Origin: the human T2T-CHM13v2.0 reference genome, Homo sapiens
DNA length: 64,000 bases
Assembly: GCF_009914755.1 (NCBI RefSeq)
Contig: NC_060932.1
Reading direction: 5' to 3' (one strand)
The notes under the pieces were generated by a model that worked only from the letters and a program-made list of their open reading frames with translations, was not told the DNA's origin and did not search any database. Shown here one piece after another: positions 14,585 to 28,803 of the stretch (its first letter is position 1; every line of letters begins with the position of its first letter). A program made the position numbers and the translations under genes.

Positions 14585-16240
14585 TCTGCTTCTGGCCAAT
14601 ATAGAGTTATGGGATCCAAGTTACTTTCTCATCTGAAACAGGAACAAAATACAAAATATATAATTCTGGTTTTCAAGACATTGAACATCAGTAAATGCAG
14701 CACAATAATACAAAAGAGGCAGAAACAAATTATATAAGCCATGTGATTACTGCAGATTACCATTTTAAGAGAGCTGTGAATAGTGCCTACTAGATTTGAA
14801 CAAAGCAAAAGCTCATAGGCCATGGGGCATTGGTATTGTAACTCTTGAATCATAATTCATAATGAGGAATGATTAGCTTTACACCTAGCAATGCTATGAT
14901 CTGCCAAAGAAACCTCACGTGCAGAATTCAGAGGGTTAATCTGTTCAACTAACTTAATTGCAACCAGAAATAAGTTTAAGAATATTTATAGAAACCCTAA
15001 TATACCTAGCACCAAAAAGTAAAATGTACATCAAATATTGAAAGATTACTAGGCATTAACAGGAGCAGAAAAACATTAACCATAACGAGGATTTTAGCCA
15101 ATTAAAAGTGACCCAGAATTGACAGTATTTACACAAGTGTTCAAACATGCATAAATGGACATTAAAAACATGTATTATAACTGTCTGCTGTCTGCAGAAA
15201 AGTCAGGGACATGTATTAAAAAGACCCAAATCAAGCTGCAGTAGGATGAAAAACTACATTGAGACGGAGAATACGCTGAAAAGGGTTGACAGCAGATTAG
15301 ACATTACAGCTGAAAATATAAGTGAACTCAGTCCATAACAATAAAGAAAAAATTAGAATAAAAAAATGAGAATTCAGTGATTTTTGAAACAACTTCAGCT
15401 GAGTTCACGTACTTAGAATTTGGAGTCTCTGAGGAAGAACAAAAGGGGATCAGAAGACAGAAAAAAATAATTGGAGAAATGATGGGATAAAGTTTTCTAA
15501 GTTTGATGAAAATCACAAAACCACATCTCAACAAATCCTCAGCACAAAAATACAAAGAGGACTATGCCAAATAAAAACACAATCAAAATGCTGAAAATCA
15601 GTGATGGAGTCAAAATTTTAACAGCAGTCATAAATAAAAGACACTTTTGTACATAGAGTAACAAAGATAAGGAAGGCAGCTGATTAATACTGGAAAAAAT
15701 GCAAGTGATGACATAGGAGAGCAATATCTTTAAAATGCCAAAACAATAACAAAAACAATGGATGACTCCCAATTCTACACATAATAAAAATATCCATCAA
15801 AGTAAGTGAAAAAGACAATTATAGATGTAGAATTACTGAATAAATCATCTCTAGCAACCTGCACTATCGGGAATGTTAAAGGAAGTTTTTCAGGGAGAAT
15901 GCAAATGACATCAGATGGAAATATGAATCTATACAGAGAAATAAAGGGTAGTGACCACCTGAGTAAACACAATTTTCTTATTATTTAATCTATTTAAAAA
16001 TGACAGTTTAAACAAAAATAATAATGTTTTGTGGCTACTGTATCTCTACAGTATCCAAAATTCAGGAGAGGAGAAATGGATGTACACCAGTCTAGGGTTC
16101 TATTGAAATGGTATAATATCACTTGAAGATGGACATAGATAAGCTATAGATTTATATTATGAACATTAAAGCAATCAGTAAAATAATGAAGCAACTAAAT
16201 CAATAAGAAGATAAAATAAAATACTAAATTAATTAGAGTA
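14585..16240 (+). mobile_element. Old L1 (L1ME/MD-like) 5' UTR plus ORF1 remnant
   Basis: cttctggccaatatagag..ttttcaagacattgaacatcag at the 5' end. ORF1-like text at ~15100-15960. Confidence 0.7.
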
Positions 16241-16242
16241 AT

Positions 16243-16359
16243 TTTTTTTTTTTTTTTAAAGACGGAGTTTCGCTCTTGTTGCCCAGGCTGGAGTGCAATG
16301 GTGTGATCTCCTGTCACAGCAACTTCCGCCTCCTGGGTTCAAGTTATTCTCCTGCCTCA
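16243..16359 (-). mobile_element. 5'-truncated Alu right arm
   Basis: T-tail plus gacggagtttcgctcttgttgcccaggctggagtgcaatgg..ctcctgcctca. Confidence 0.92.
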
Positions 16360-18030
16360 TTAATTGAAAGACAGAAAGAGAGACAATAACAAGTGGTGGA
16401 AAATTTGTGGAGTTACTTGAAATGCAAAATTTTTCAGCCACTGTGAAAAAGAAATTGGTTATGTTTTAAATAAACACAAATTGACTACATGAAACAGCGA
16501 TTTCACTGCTAGCTATCAATGCAAGAGAAATAAAAACCTACGTATATACACTAATTTGTACATTGGTGTTTAATGGCATTATTCTTAATAACTGCAATCT
16601 GAAAATGATCTATATGTTCATCGACTGGTAAATGAATAAACAACAGGTAGTAAATGTATGCAATGGAATATATTCAGAAGTAAAAGTAATAGACTAATGG
16701 CATATGCTGCAACATTCATGCACCTTAGAAGCATGCTACGTGAAAGAAACCAGCCGCCAAAACTATACAAGTTAAAAATTAAAAGAATGGAAAAATATTT
16801 GCCATGCTAGCAAGTAAAATGAAAACAAAATTGAATACTTCAATATCAAATAAATTCTAATTTAAAGCAAATATCCAGAAATGCCATATTTATATATAGA
16901 GAAAATAAATTCATGGATGACGGAAAGGCATATAGGACAGGAAAATGACTGCAAATGGACAATAAGTACATTTCAAAGGTAACAGAAATGATTCAAAATT
17001 GGATTGTGGTAATGGTTGCACAACTGTAAATTTGCTAAAAATCATTAAAATGTACATTTAAAATGAACATGTTTAATATCATGTAAATTAAATAGCAATA
17101 CAGTTGTTATAAAATAAAGTTTCCTAAGGAAAGTGAAGGTCCGGATGGCTTTCTTTGGCATAATAATGGCATAATAACTAATTCTACTAAATATTTAAGC
17201 AAAAAATAATACTAATTCTCAACTAAATGTTCCTGAATATAGAAATGAAGGGAACACTTCACAACTTATTGTGACACGAATGTTTCTCTGATACCAAAAT
17301 TACACAGCTACAACAAGAAGGTAGAACAATATCCTTCATGAAAGAAGAACATCCCAAGTCTTCAATGTATTGGATAATCATAATTATGAACAAATCAAAT
17401 AAAGCAATATTAATAAAAATGATAATACATCATAGATAATGTTGTTTATCACAAGAATGCAAGGCTGGTATGTTCAGCCTTTGAAAAATCTACCAATATA
17501 GTTCATTAAATTATGCCAGATCAAATTAAAAAAAAACAAATAATTATCTTAGTACCTAGAGAAAAAGCTTCTGTCAAAATTCAAATTACATTTATTATAA
17601 AATCTTCTTAATAAATTGGGAATGAAAAGAAATTTCCTCTACCTTATAAAGGGCATTTACAGAAATCCTAAATCTAACATCATATTTAATATTCAAAACC
17701 TAAGTGCTTTTCCCCTAAGTTTCAGTTTAAAAAGCAAAAATGTCATTCACCACTTTATTTTGCATCACACTAGAGGTCTTAGCCAGAATAATACAACCAA
17801 GAAAAATAAATGAATAACACAGAGTCTGGAAAAAACTTAAACAATTTCTATTCTCAGATGACCTGATTCTCTAAATATAAAATTAAAAAATATATATAAA
17901 GTTACTAAAAGAATGTTATTTTAGCAAGTTTGCAGGAAACAAGCTCAATATACCAAAAATTAATTGTGTATCTTTACACTGGAAAGGGATTATTAGGAAT
18001 TAAACTTAATATTTTTATAGCACAATAATA
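16360..18030 (+). mobile_element. L1M patchwork: 3' end (~16360-17118) then ORF2 fragments
   Basis: L1 3' UTR motifs (attgtggtaatggttgcacaact) followed by RT-region text (gaatgcaaggctgg..ctaacatcatatttaat..gctttcccctaag). Confidence 0.7.
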
Positions 18031-18394
18031 CATTATAGCAGTCCTCACTTAACTGTGGTTATTAAATGGAAAATTCCAGAAAGAAACAATTCATAAGTTT
18101 TAAACTGCATGCTGTTCTGAGTAGCATGATGAAATCATATGCCATCTCATTCTGTCCCACCTGGGACATGAATCAGTCAGCCGTTTGTCTAGCATCTCCA
18201 TGCTGTCTCTGCTATCACTCTGTAGTCATTTGCAAGTTTTTCAGTTATTAGATTAACTGTCATGGTATTATAGTGATTGTGTCCAAGTAACCCTTATTAT
18301 ACTCCATGATAGACCCAAAGCACAAGATTAGCAAAGCTGGCAATTTGGTTCTGCCAAAGAGAGGTGTTAAAGTGCTTATTTTAAGTCAAAAAAG

Positions 18395-18587
18395 GAACAA
18401 TGGACATTAGGGAATATAAGAGGGAAGAAAGGAGAGAGCCAAGGGTTGTAAAACTACCTATTGAATAGTATGCAAACTTCTTTAATGATCCATTCAGTTG
18501 TAGTACAAACCCCAGTATCATGTAATATACCTCAGAAACAAATTGCACATGTACACCAGAATCTAAAATAAAAGTTGAAAAAAAAGA
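18395..18587 (+). mobile_element. L1PB/L1PA16-like 3' end
   Basis: aagggttgtaaaactacctattg..tgcacatgtacaccagaatctaaaataaaagttgaaaaaaa. Confidence 0.8.
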
Positions 18588-18656
18588 GGATAAAAAGAAC
18601 TGATCTTTTTAAATCTTAGTGAACCTAGTTGTTATAAAATTGTGCTGCTAATATTC

Positions 18657-19727
18657 TGTTGCGTGAAGTCAGGGACCACAAATGGAGGGACCAGCTGAAG
18701 CCATGGCAGAAGAACATAAATTGTGATGATTTTATGGATGTTTATTAGTTCCCCAAATTAATACTTTTAAAATTTCTTATGCCTGTCTTTACTGCAATCT
18801 CTGAACATACATTGTGAAGATTTAATGGACACTTATCACTTCCCCAATCAATACTCTTGTGATTTCCTATGCCTGTCTTTACTTTAATCTCTTAATCCTG
18901 TCATCTTCGTAAGCTGAGGATGTATGTCGCCTCAGGACCCTGTGATGATTGTGTTAACTGCACAAATTGTTTGTAGAGCATGTGTGTTTGAACAATATCA
19001 AATCTGGGCACCTTAAGAAAAGGATAACAGCAATGTTCAGGGAACAAGGGAGATAACCTTAAACTCTGGCTGCCTGTGGGCCAGGCGGAACAGAGCCATA
19101 TTTCTCTTCTTTCAAAAGCAAATGGGAGAAATACTGCTGAATTCTTTTTCTCAGCAAGGAACATCCCTGAGAAAGAGAATGTGTCCCTAAGGGGAGGACT
19201 CTGAAATGGCTGCTTTGGCGATGGCTGTCATAGCGGACAGATGAAATAAGCCCCTGTCTCCCATAGCACTCCCAAGCTTATTAGGACAAGGAAATTCCTG
19301 CCTAATAAATTTTGGTCAGACTGGTTGTCTGCTCTCAAATTCTGTCTCCTGATAAGATGTTATCAATGACAATGCATGCCCGAAACTTCATTAGTAATTT
19401 TAATTTCGCCCCGGTCCTTTGGTCCTGTGATCTCGCCCTGCCTCCATTTGCCTTGTGATATTTTATTACCTTGTGAAGCATGTGATCTCTGTGACCCACA
19501 CCCTATTTGTACACTCCCTCCCCTTTTTAAAATCACTAATAAAAACTTGCTGGTTTTACGGCTCGGGGGGCATCACGGAACCTGCTGACGTGTGATGTCT
19601 CCCCCGGACACGCAGCTTTAAAATTTCACTCTTTTGTACTCTGTCCCTTTATTTCTCAGACTGGCCAAAGCTTAGGGAAAATAGAAAAGAACCTACGTGA
19701 AATATCAGGAGTGAATTTCCCCCGATA
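18657..19727 (+). mobile_element. MER11A-like solo LTR (HERV-K HML-8)
   Basis: TGTTGCGTGAAGTCAGGGACC..GTGAATTTCCCCCGATA, ~1070 bp, with the internal tandem repeat typical of MER11. TSD (A)TATTC on both sides. Confidence 0.92.
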
Positions 19728-20109
19728 TATTCTAACAATGTTAAGTGAATGAAGAAATAAACTCATTTCCTTTTTAAAGAAAAAATGTGAAAGTTCACGA
19801 CTGACAATGAAAAAAATGGATTTTGAAGATCTAAGATCTTAAGAACAAATCTTCTATCCATACAATTCTAAAGAAGGAAAAATAAAATTTGATACTAGTT
19901 TTGCTGTTGTAACTCAAACTACAAAAGTTACAGCCATAGTGTGTGATAAGTGCTCAATTAAGATGAAAAAGACATTAAATTTTGGGGTTGACGACGTAAA
20001 CAGAAACGTATTCTTATTGATAGCAATTGGGTCCGGTAGTATCCATGGTTTCTGACATCTCCTGGCAGTGTTGGAATATATCCCCTGTGGATAATGGGCA
20101 CTACCATAA

Positions 20110-20581
20110 TTACTTCAGTTTAAATGAAACTAAATACATACAAATTCTGTATGCTGAAAGCTTCAAATTACTAAAGAACACAACCAAAGAAGATCTAAAT
20201 AAATGGTGGGATAGACTGTGTTCATGGATTAAAAGACTCAATATTGTTAAGATAATCGATTTTCCCTAAACAGGTATAGTCCATGCATTCTCAATAAAAA
20301 TCCCAACATAAATTTTTGTAGAGATTGAAAGATGAATCTAAATTTGTTAGTGGAAAATTGAATAATCTAAAATAGCCAAAATTATTTTTATAAAGAAGAA
20401 CATTGGACAACTCACTCTAACCAATTTCATGGCTCACTATAAAGAATCATGTACAGTGCAGTATTTTTAAAAGGACTGACCAATCGACCAATAGGATAAG
20501 GTAGAGAGCCCAGTATGAGACCTGAACATATAAAATAAATGATTTTCTGATCACAGATTCTGACGCAATTTAAAAGAGGTG

Positions 20582-20612
<31 letters not shown>

Positions 20613-21760
20613 CCAACAAAACATGCTGGAATATATAGAAAAAATAAGTCAAAATAGATTATAAACTAGAAGCCTCAGAGTAGAGCATAGAATAAAGTCT
20701 TTGTGACCTTGAGTGAGTCAATGATCTTATTAACTATGGCACCCAAAGTATGATGCATTCTAAAATGAATGAATTAAAGTTCCTCAAATTTAAAAACTGC
20801 TCTTTAAAACAGACTGTTAAAGGAATGAAGATACGTCACAGAGCAGGAGAAAATATTTGCAGAATTACATATCTGATAAACTTGGCCTCAAAGCATATAC
20901 AGAGCTTTCAAAATTGAATAATTATAAAACAACCCACAAATAAAATCCATAAAACATGCAAACAGATATTGCATTAAAAGAAGGTATGCAGATGGAAAAC
21001 AAAAACACAAAAAGATGCTCAATATAGCTAGTAATTAGGAAAATGACAATTAAAACTATTAAATACACATTGGACAAAAATGTTTAAATGGTGAAATAGC
21101 AAGTTTTGCTTTGGATATAGAATGAAGCGAAATGCTCATACAGGCAGGTAGAAATACAAAATTATATTAGCACTCTGAATAACATTTTGAAATGTTCTAA
21201 TATGAATAAACCTACACTTATCATACAACGTTGCTATACCTCCCCAGGTATTTATGTCATCAAATGAAAACTAATGTTCACAAAAAAAGCCTGTATGCAT
21301 AAGCTTCTAGTGGCTTTATATCAAGAATCACCAAAAAAGACTGAAAAATATCTAAATGTCCTTTAACTTTCAAATGGATAGAGAAACTGTGGTACATCCA
21401 TGCAACAGAATACTCCTTAGTAATAAAAAGGAACAAAATTGTTGATTCCTGCAACAATATGAATAAATTCAAATCCATTGTGCTGAGTGAAAGAAACCAC
21501 ACTCAAAGGCTACATATTGTGTGATTGTATTTATGTATTTCAGAACAGATTTACGTATTTCAGAACAGATAAAACCGTAGATCTAGAAATTGATGAGAAG
21601 TGTCAGGGGAGTGGATGCTAGGTTTGACTACCAAGGGGCATAATGTATTTGTTTGATACCTCTTGATTGTGGTTGTAGTTATTTGACTATATGCACCTGT
21701 CAAAGCTCACAAAGCTCTATACTGAAGTAGGAAAATTTAACTACACAAATTATACCTTCA
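20110..21760 (+). mobile_element. Old L1 ORF2 C-terminal region and 3' UTR
   Basis: Translates in part as EDLNKW..CSWIKRLNIVK, followed by typical L1M 3' motifs. Confidence 0.8.
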
Positions 21761-21949
21761 CAGACTCTTGTAAAAATGTGTTTATAGAAATGACAATTTC
21801 AAGATTATCAGAAGTATCACTAGTGAGATCTTTAAAAAACAACAATAACAACAAAACTGTTAGGTCTATCTTTTGCAAAAGGTGTACTATCTTTGTAACT
21901 TTTTAAAATATGAAAATATATGTAAGACTTAAATTTTAATGAACCAAAC

Positions 21950-22435
21950 CATAATATGCAGAATAATGAAACCCCTCAGAACGCCCCACCTCCTAATCTT
22001 CAGCATTTGGGATTATGTTCTGCTACAATGGTTGCAGATAGAATTAAGGTTGCTCACCGCCTGACCTTAAAATAGGGAGAATATGCTGGATAATCCCAAT
22101 GTCATTACAGAGTCCTTAGGATTTGAAGAGGGAGGCTAAAGAAGAGTCAGTGTTAGAGTGATGAAATGCAAAACGACTCATCCAGCCATTGCTGACTTTG
22201 AAGATGAAAGACAGTCACGGGCCAAGGGGTAAAGATAACCTCTATAAACTGGAAAGGGCAAAAAAGTTTGTCCTCCACAATTCTTAGAGTGGAACACAGT
22301 CCTGCTGACATCTTGATTTTAGCCCAGTGAGACCCATTTAGATTCTGACTCTCAGAATTGCATAATAATTTTGTGGTGGTGTAAGACACTAAGTTTGTGG
22401 TAATTTGTTGCAGCAGCCATAGATAACGAATGTAC
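21950..22435 (+). mobile_element. MLT1D-like MaLR LTR
   Basis: gcagatagaattaaggttgct..gaccttaaaatagggaga..cctgctgacatcttgattttagcccagtgagaccc..ctaagtttgtggtaatttgttgcagcagccatag. Confidence 0.85.
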
Positions 22436-22812
22436 CAACTCTTGTCTATTTCATATTGGGTTTCACAAGGGAAAAAAAAATGAGAAAACTATTCATACTT
22501 GGATAATTTTTTTTAATACCCTACATTGACAAAAGGCAGATCAATGCAGTAAGTTTTATTCTAAAGCTAGGTTGGTATGAGAATAAATGCAAATATTTGA
22601 TTAAGATGTTTCCATTGATCTCCTTTCAAGATATTTTATGAAATTTAAAGATCCCTTGGTAATTTTTAACATTAATATAGAAGTTAAATTGAATTCTTTT
22701 TTGTGGGTGTTTACAAAGTCATCTTCTTCCTTCCTAAACAGATCTCTCCTGACACATTTTAAAATAGCAGAAAAGTGCATTTACCTAAAGTCTTAATATT
22801 TGTAGATGATAT

Positions 22813-23179
22813 GGATATGGTTTGGCTGTGTCTCCACCCAAATCTCATCTTAAATTATAACTCCGACAATTCCCACATCTTGTGGGAGGAATCAGGCGGG
22901 AGGTGATGGAATTATGGGGGCGGGTCTTTCCTGTGGTGTTCTCGTGATAGTAAATGAATCTCAGAAGATACGATGGTTTTAAAAATGGGAGTTTCCCTGT
23001 ACAAGCTCTCTTTGGCTGCTGCCATCCATGTAAGATGTGACTTGCTTCTCCTCGCCTTCCACCATGATTGTGAGGCCTCCCCAGCCATGTGGAACTGTAA
23101 GCCCAATAAACCTCTTTCTTTTGTAAATTGCCCAGTCCCAGATATGTTTTTATCAGCAGTGCGAAAGCAGACTAATACA
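22813..23179 (+). mobile_element. THE1A-like solo LTR
   Basis: gatatggtttggctgtgtc..cagactaataca, with 5-bp TSD GATAT at 22808-22812 and 23180-23184. Confidence 0.93.
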
Positions 23180-23830
23180 GATATATTTAGGTGTGTTTGA
23201 ATTTTAACTTTCAATCTATAAAGACACATTAAATAGATGCTATTTGAATATTAAACAAATTGGTAAGTGCTGTTAAGACGAGAAGAGTGTAGGAGATCTT
23301 TTCTTATCTACGTTCATAAATGAGAAATTTTATCGGAGCTAAAGATAAGCTAATTATTTACCTTGGCTAACATAGAATGTTTTTATGTTTTTAATACCTA
23401 ATACAATTCTTTTCCTTTTGATTTTTGTGCCAATAATATATAAGATTTATAATCTCTCCCACTCATATGTATTTAAATTTTTATTTCACTGGATTCAATT
23501 TAATGTGCTCCTAAATTTCATCTTTTATATAATTTTCTTGCCAGAGTTTGAGTATTTTCTGTCATCACAAGGCTGAGTCATTACCATGGAAGTGTTTGAA
23601 TGAAGATGAATAGAGGTGAAGGTCACTGGAGGTGAGCACCACAATCCATTGCTAAATTAAACATGGCCTTTATAGTCAAGGACCTTATTAACTAATGAGG
23701 GCTATGGAGAAAGAATCAGATAATTAAAGCAGAATGCACTTAGTATTGATGGGGAGAATTAGAGGGCACTATTGAAACATACAGTAGGGGCATGTAAATC
23801 AGACAGGAGTTACATGGAATGAAAGTGTAA

Positions 23831-24009
23831 GAGACCTGTAAGAATTATCTAGGAAAGGAATTGGGGGAAAGAGTGCTCCAAAAAGAAAGAATAATATTCA
23901 TAAATATATGGAGAGGGGAGACCTGTAAGAATTATCTAGGAAAGGAGTTGGGGGAAAGAGCACTCCAAGAAGAAAGAATAATATTCATAAATATATGGAG
24001 AGGGGAGAC
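23831..24009. repeat. 87-bp tandem duplication
   Basis: 23831-23917 vs 23918-24004 with 4 mismatches. GAGAC at all three junctions. Confidence 0.95.
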
Positions 24010-24475
24010 AGCCTGGTGCATGCTGGAAATGCCAGGCATTTCCATACTGATGGAGGATAAATAACTCAGTCTCTGAATCTGGGATTGGTTTCGGACCGTC
24101 TTCGGCAAATTTTTGGACCTTTGCCCCAGCAACAGTGTGGTTTGGGAAAATGGGGCATAAAACGAAAGAAATAGATGGGGGTAATTTGTTTGTGTCATAT
24201 CTGTTGCTTAGAGATGGATCTTGCTATTTGGGTTCTTCTCACTTCACTCTGAATGTTTTTTTTTTTTTCTTGCTTTTGGCTAACACCCATGTCTCCCCTT
24301 TATACCAAATACCAGCATTACCCAGAACATGGAATGCGACATTCTGTCTTTTCCCTGATTTGAGAGGCAAATTATTTGAGCAGCTCAGGTCTACTATGGG
24401 TGAATGTGAGTCCTTCCTAAGTCTTCCAAAACCATTGTTGACCTGCCTTGAAGCACGTAAGGTAAAAATCTGGTC

Positions 24476-25075
24476 TGTGATGGTTAATTTTAGGTGTCAA
24501 CTTGATTAGATGAAGGAACACCTTGAGAGCTGGTAAAGCATTATTTCTGGGTGTGTCTGTTAGGGTGTTTCAGAGGAGATTGTGTATGAGTCTTTGAATT
24601 GACTAGAGAAAACCTCCCCTCAATATGGGTGAACACCATCCAATCATCAGCGGCGCTGGGTAGAACAAAAAGTTAGAGGAAAACCAGATCCTTTATTTTT
24701 ATGCTGAAGCTGGGACACACTTATTTTCCTACCCTTGGACCTCAGAACTTCAGGGTCCCTGGCCTTTCAACTGTGAGACCTACACCAGTTCACGCTATCT
24801 TCACCAGGTTCTCAGGCATTCAGCCTCCATCTGATAGTTACGTCATTGGCTTTCCTGGTTCTGAGGCCTTCAGACTTGGACTGAGCCTTGTTACTGGAAT
24901 TCCGGGTCTCCAGCTTGCAGAGATCCCATAATGGGACTTCTCAGCCTCCATATTAATAGGAACCTATATCCTCTCACCCATACGCCTGTTTGTCTGTCTA
25001 TCTATTTATTATCTATCTATGCATCAAGTCTATCTATACTATTGGTTTTCTCTCTGGAGAACCCTTTAATTAAGA
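24476..25075 (+). mobile_element. MLT2B-like ERV-L LTR
   Basis: TGTGATGGTTAATTTTAGGTGTCAACTTGA..ctctggagaaccct. Confidence 0.88.
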
Positions 25076-28000
25076 TAAATCCACTTCTCAAAATACATGC
25101 ATCAGCCTTTAATCGACTACACACAAAAGTGGTATCCTAGACTTTATTTTTTTTTTTCACTTCTTAAAGAGAATCACTCTATAAGCAGAGTACAAAATGA
25201 CAGTTGTCAAAGATTCTCTGGAGACATCAATTGAAATAGACTCCCCCTCAACATGCTAACTAGTCATTAGGCAATGTTCTCTAGGGTTTTTGTGTATTGT
25301 CAAATCTTCAGAAAGCAATGTACCTGGACCATTTTCCAAGCAATCTGCTAAAATGTTTTTCAGAAAGTTAAAATTTAATGTTATTCTGCTTTTTAATGCA
25401 GAGGTTATGTAAGAAATGTCCAATTGATACATGTTTCAGTTTTTTTATTTTTGCAAAACCACAGTCTAAACATTGCCGATGATGTCATCCACTGTTTGTT
25501 ATTTAAGGATTAACCCACTACAGTTCAGGGCTGAAAGAGAAACTTTTCTCCCTAAATGATCTATTATATTTTCTTCAATCTGACAAAGCAAACTATATAA
25601 TCCAATATGCAAACCTTTGTTTGGGGTTTTGTTTTGTTTTTCATCTAAGTTTCCAGGCAGCTCTGAACCAATTTTAAGTCTTAGTTGTAGACACCAGCTT
25701 AATGTGGTTGAATGGCATAATAATTTTATGTTATTTTAACTTGGACTTTAATGTTAGTTTCTTTTTAAAAATAATTATTCTATTTGATGCACTGAGATTT
25801 ATAGTCTATATCAAATATTATTTGAAATTTAGGAAGATATTTTCATAAAAAACAAATTACCCAAGTTTTCTCATAAGAATCATAGGGCATTTTTCTCTAT
25901 TTTACATAGAAATAATTCGAGTTCATATAGGCTAAGAAAGTTGACCAGATTTAACTAAAGAAGTTACATAATTGATATTTAAACTCGGTTCTCTGCTATG
26001 AAATTTAATGCTGTTTCCATTATATGATTATCTAATTAAACATTTCTCTACCATTTAACAAAGCAAAAAAATATATTTTGATGTACAAATAATTTTTATG
26101 TTTCTAAGTATGTATATAAGGTCAAGTTATTAATATTAGAAAACATCATATCCTTATAGTATGATCTAAAAACAACTTTTACTCCTTTGCCATATACTAT
26201 CATTACCTAGTCTGTAATGTTTAAATTATAGTGTAAGAAAACTCAGAAATTACAAGCCTTATGTTGTAAAGATAACATACGTTTTAAGTGAAGGCTATGT
26301 GTTATACATCCAGTCAATTATTTGGTACTTTCACCTGTTGCTGAATAAAATAAATGTAAACATAAATCATAATAAATAAGCACACACAATGGAGTACACA
26401 CAAAACTATTCATTTCAAACATTAAATAAATCACAGAATCTCCACATTTATACAAAGAAAAATCTAAGCTGCCAACAAGGAGAGCTATAAAACATTTGAA
26501 ATCCTGCTTTGCTGCTTTATTAGAGATAATTTCATCCAGTGAGATTTGAAAGCAATGCCCTGGAAATTTATGATGTGACTTTTACTAAGATGTATGTAAG
26601 TTTATAGAACGATGTTCACTAGAAACAGATTTATTCTGTTTATATAACAAGCAGTTACCTCTGGCCTGCTCTCCCTACTGTATCCTGCTATAACTGGTAA
26701 GGGTATTACCCCCTAAATTACCTGCTGTTAGGAATGGCCATGCCAGTTTATTCCTATAAATAAGGCAATCTCTCTAGCCCTATCTCTGTCATTTTAGGCA
26801 GTTGCATTCAGTATGCCCCTTCCCTAAGTTTGTTTTCTGTCTCAGATTCTTATACACATGAGAACACCTGGGAATAGACCTGGTGGCCTTCAACCCACAC
26901 CAAGGCAAGCACAATGTCTAGAATGACTTATGTCACTTAGCCATGGACCCCTGAGGTTCCGTCACTGACATCTTATTTTCTGACGTTTTTGTGGAGAACT
27001 ATTTAAATTTTGTGAATAGCTGCTTAATTGGCTAATTTAGTGCTCTATTTTCAAATATCAACAATAAGACCCCTTTCGATGTAAAGAATCATTTTTCAAG
27101 AAAGGGTAGAGGGTGATGGTGGCTATTCTTTTTTGCTTAAACTAGCTTGATCTTTGTAGTCTGATTCTTATAAACAGAACAAGAAATTAGCCAATTAAGC
27201 AACTTGTATTTAACTAGTTTTTTCAATTTAAATGTAACAATTTGATAAACTTTGCTGAGAATGTCTATTAACTGATAAGATAAATTAGAAGTAAATGGTC
27301 AGTTCTTTAGTTCTACTTAACATTATCATATTCTGCCATGACAGAGTAGCATTAAGATTCATTGTTTTTAGCCTCATCCATCTTATTGCAAACATATTGT
27401 AAAATACTTAGTTCAGAAAAGAAATATTTATACTCAACCTTTCTGCACTACTATGTTTATGGTTTACATTTTTCTAAATGCTAGTCTAGTCAACATTGAT
27501 CTAGTTTTCTATATTTAAAGCTTAAATATCTTTTTTGTAGTGTGTTTTTTTTCAGTTTACTATGTTAAGTTATAATGAACACATTTAAAATACTGTTTCT
27601 TCTGTTTATGTAGTAGTGCTCTATTGTTAAATGAAAACTAGAGGACAAAGTATGTGTAGATTGCCAAATAAAGAATTAGTTACCCTATGTTTGAACACCT
27701 CAAGAAGGAATATTTACATTTCATTCTACCCTTCTACTACAACTACCTACTTTAGATTATAAACTCATGAAGGGCAGGGATCTTTTGAGCAAAGCTCATA
27801 TCATTTTGCATAAGAAAAATATACTTGATATGCGATTTGGGGTAGATCTGATCATATGGCTACTGGAAGTGCAAACTGGCTGGTGGTTGTGATGAGCATG
27901 GTACTACTTATCCTAGAAGATTTTCATTCCTCTAAATAAGGCAGAAAATGCTGAACTGTCTTTATACACACTATGATGGACTATTAATGTTTCTTCCCTA

Positions 28001-28803
28001 CAAACAGAAAATGAAGTTATTAAATCCAATCAACTTTCATTTACTACAAAGGTTTAAATGCCTATACTCAATGTACTTCCTACTAACCATGTTTAGCTTA
28101 ACATAATAAAAACCCTTTATTGAACCCCATTAAAATGAAAGTCTGCCACTCAACCAATCAGCTCTGTTGAAAGTTTTGGATGCTAAAGTTCCATGCTGAC
28201 TTCAATGGATGACAGATAATTTAAAGGCAATGCATATAATTAACAGGATTAACATCTGAAACTGTGTTTATCAGTTAGTTGAAACATTAATTGCATTGAT
28301 TTGAAGTAAAAATCTGACACCGTAAGACATTCACAAGGTAGTAATTTTGGATTCTGTGTCAAGGTAATATTATTCTAAACATCCCAAATGGAAGGTTGTC
28401 TCTCTAGAGCAAGTATGGAGGAACCAAAAAGGAAAAAAGAAAAATATATAGAGCTGATATCAAAAATAATTTTGTCAACCACATTAACAATTGAAACATG
28501 AAAATACACAAAGATATGTTCCTATCAAATTGTCAAAGTGGTGTTTATGAAACAAACTCAATATTAGCAATTATAATAGAATCAGACATTTTTCTTTTTT
28601 TTTGGTGTGAAGATGGTTATTACCATTATGAAAACAACTAGAAACACTTAATTATACAGTTACTTATACTGCTATTTGTTTTTATCATAAAATTATTTTT
28701 AAAACTTGACTTAATAATTAAGTGGTAATTTATCTGAAGGAAATAATCTTATATTCACAACATGTATTATGTATAAAGATGCTAATCATAGCATTATTAC
28801 TTA

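Larger units (their letters stand above)
18036..20106 (+). mobile_element. MER44 (Tigger7-derived) DNA transposon split into 18036-18394 and 19786-20106
   Basis: attaaatggaaaattccagaaagaaacaattcataagtttt.. at left. Resumes gtgaaagttc..aaaagttacagccatagtgtgtgataagtgc.. at right. TA flanks both termini. Confidence 0.85.

Noticed and set aside
26610-26970. GC-richer island with TG..CA-like ends and AATAAA on the minus strand, possibly an ancient LTR
   Set aside because: I could not match a family or find a TSD.
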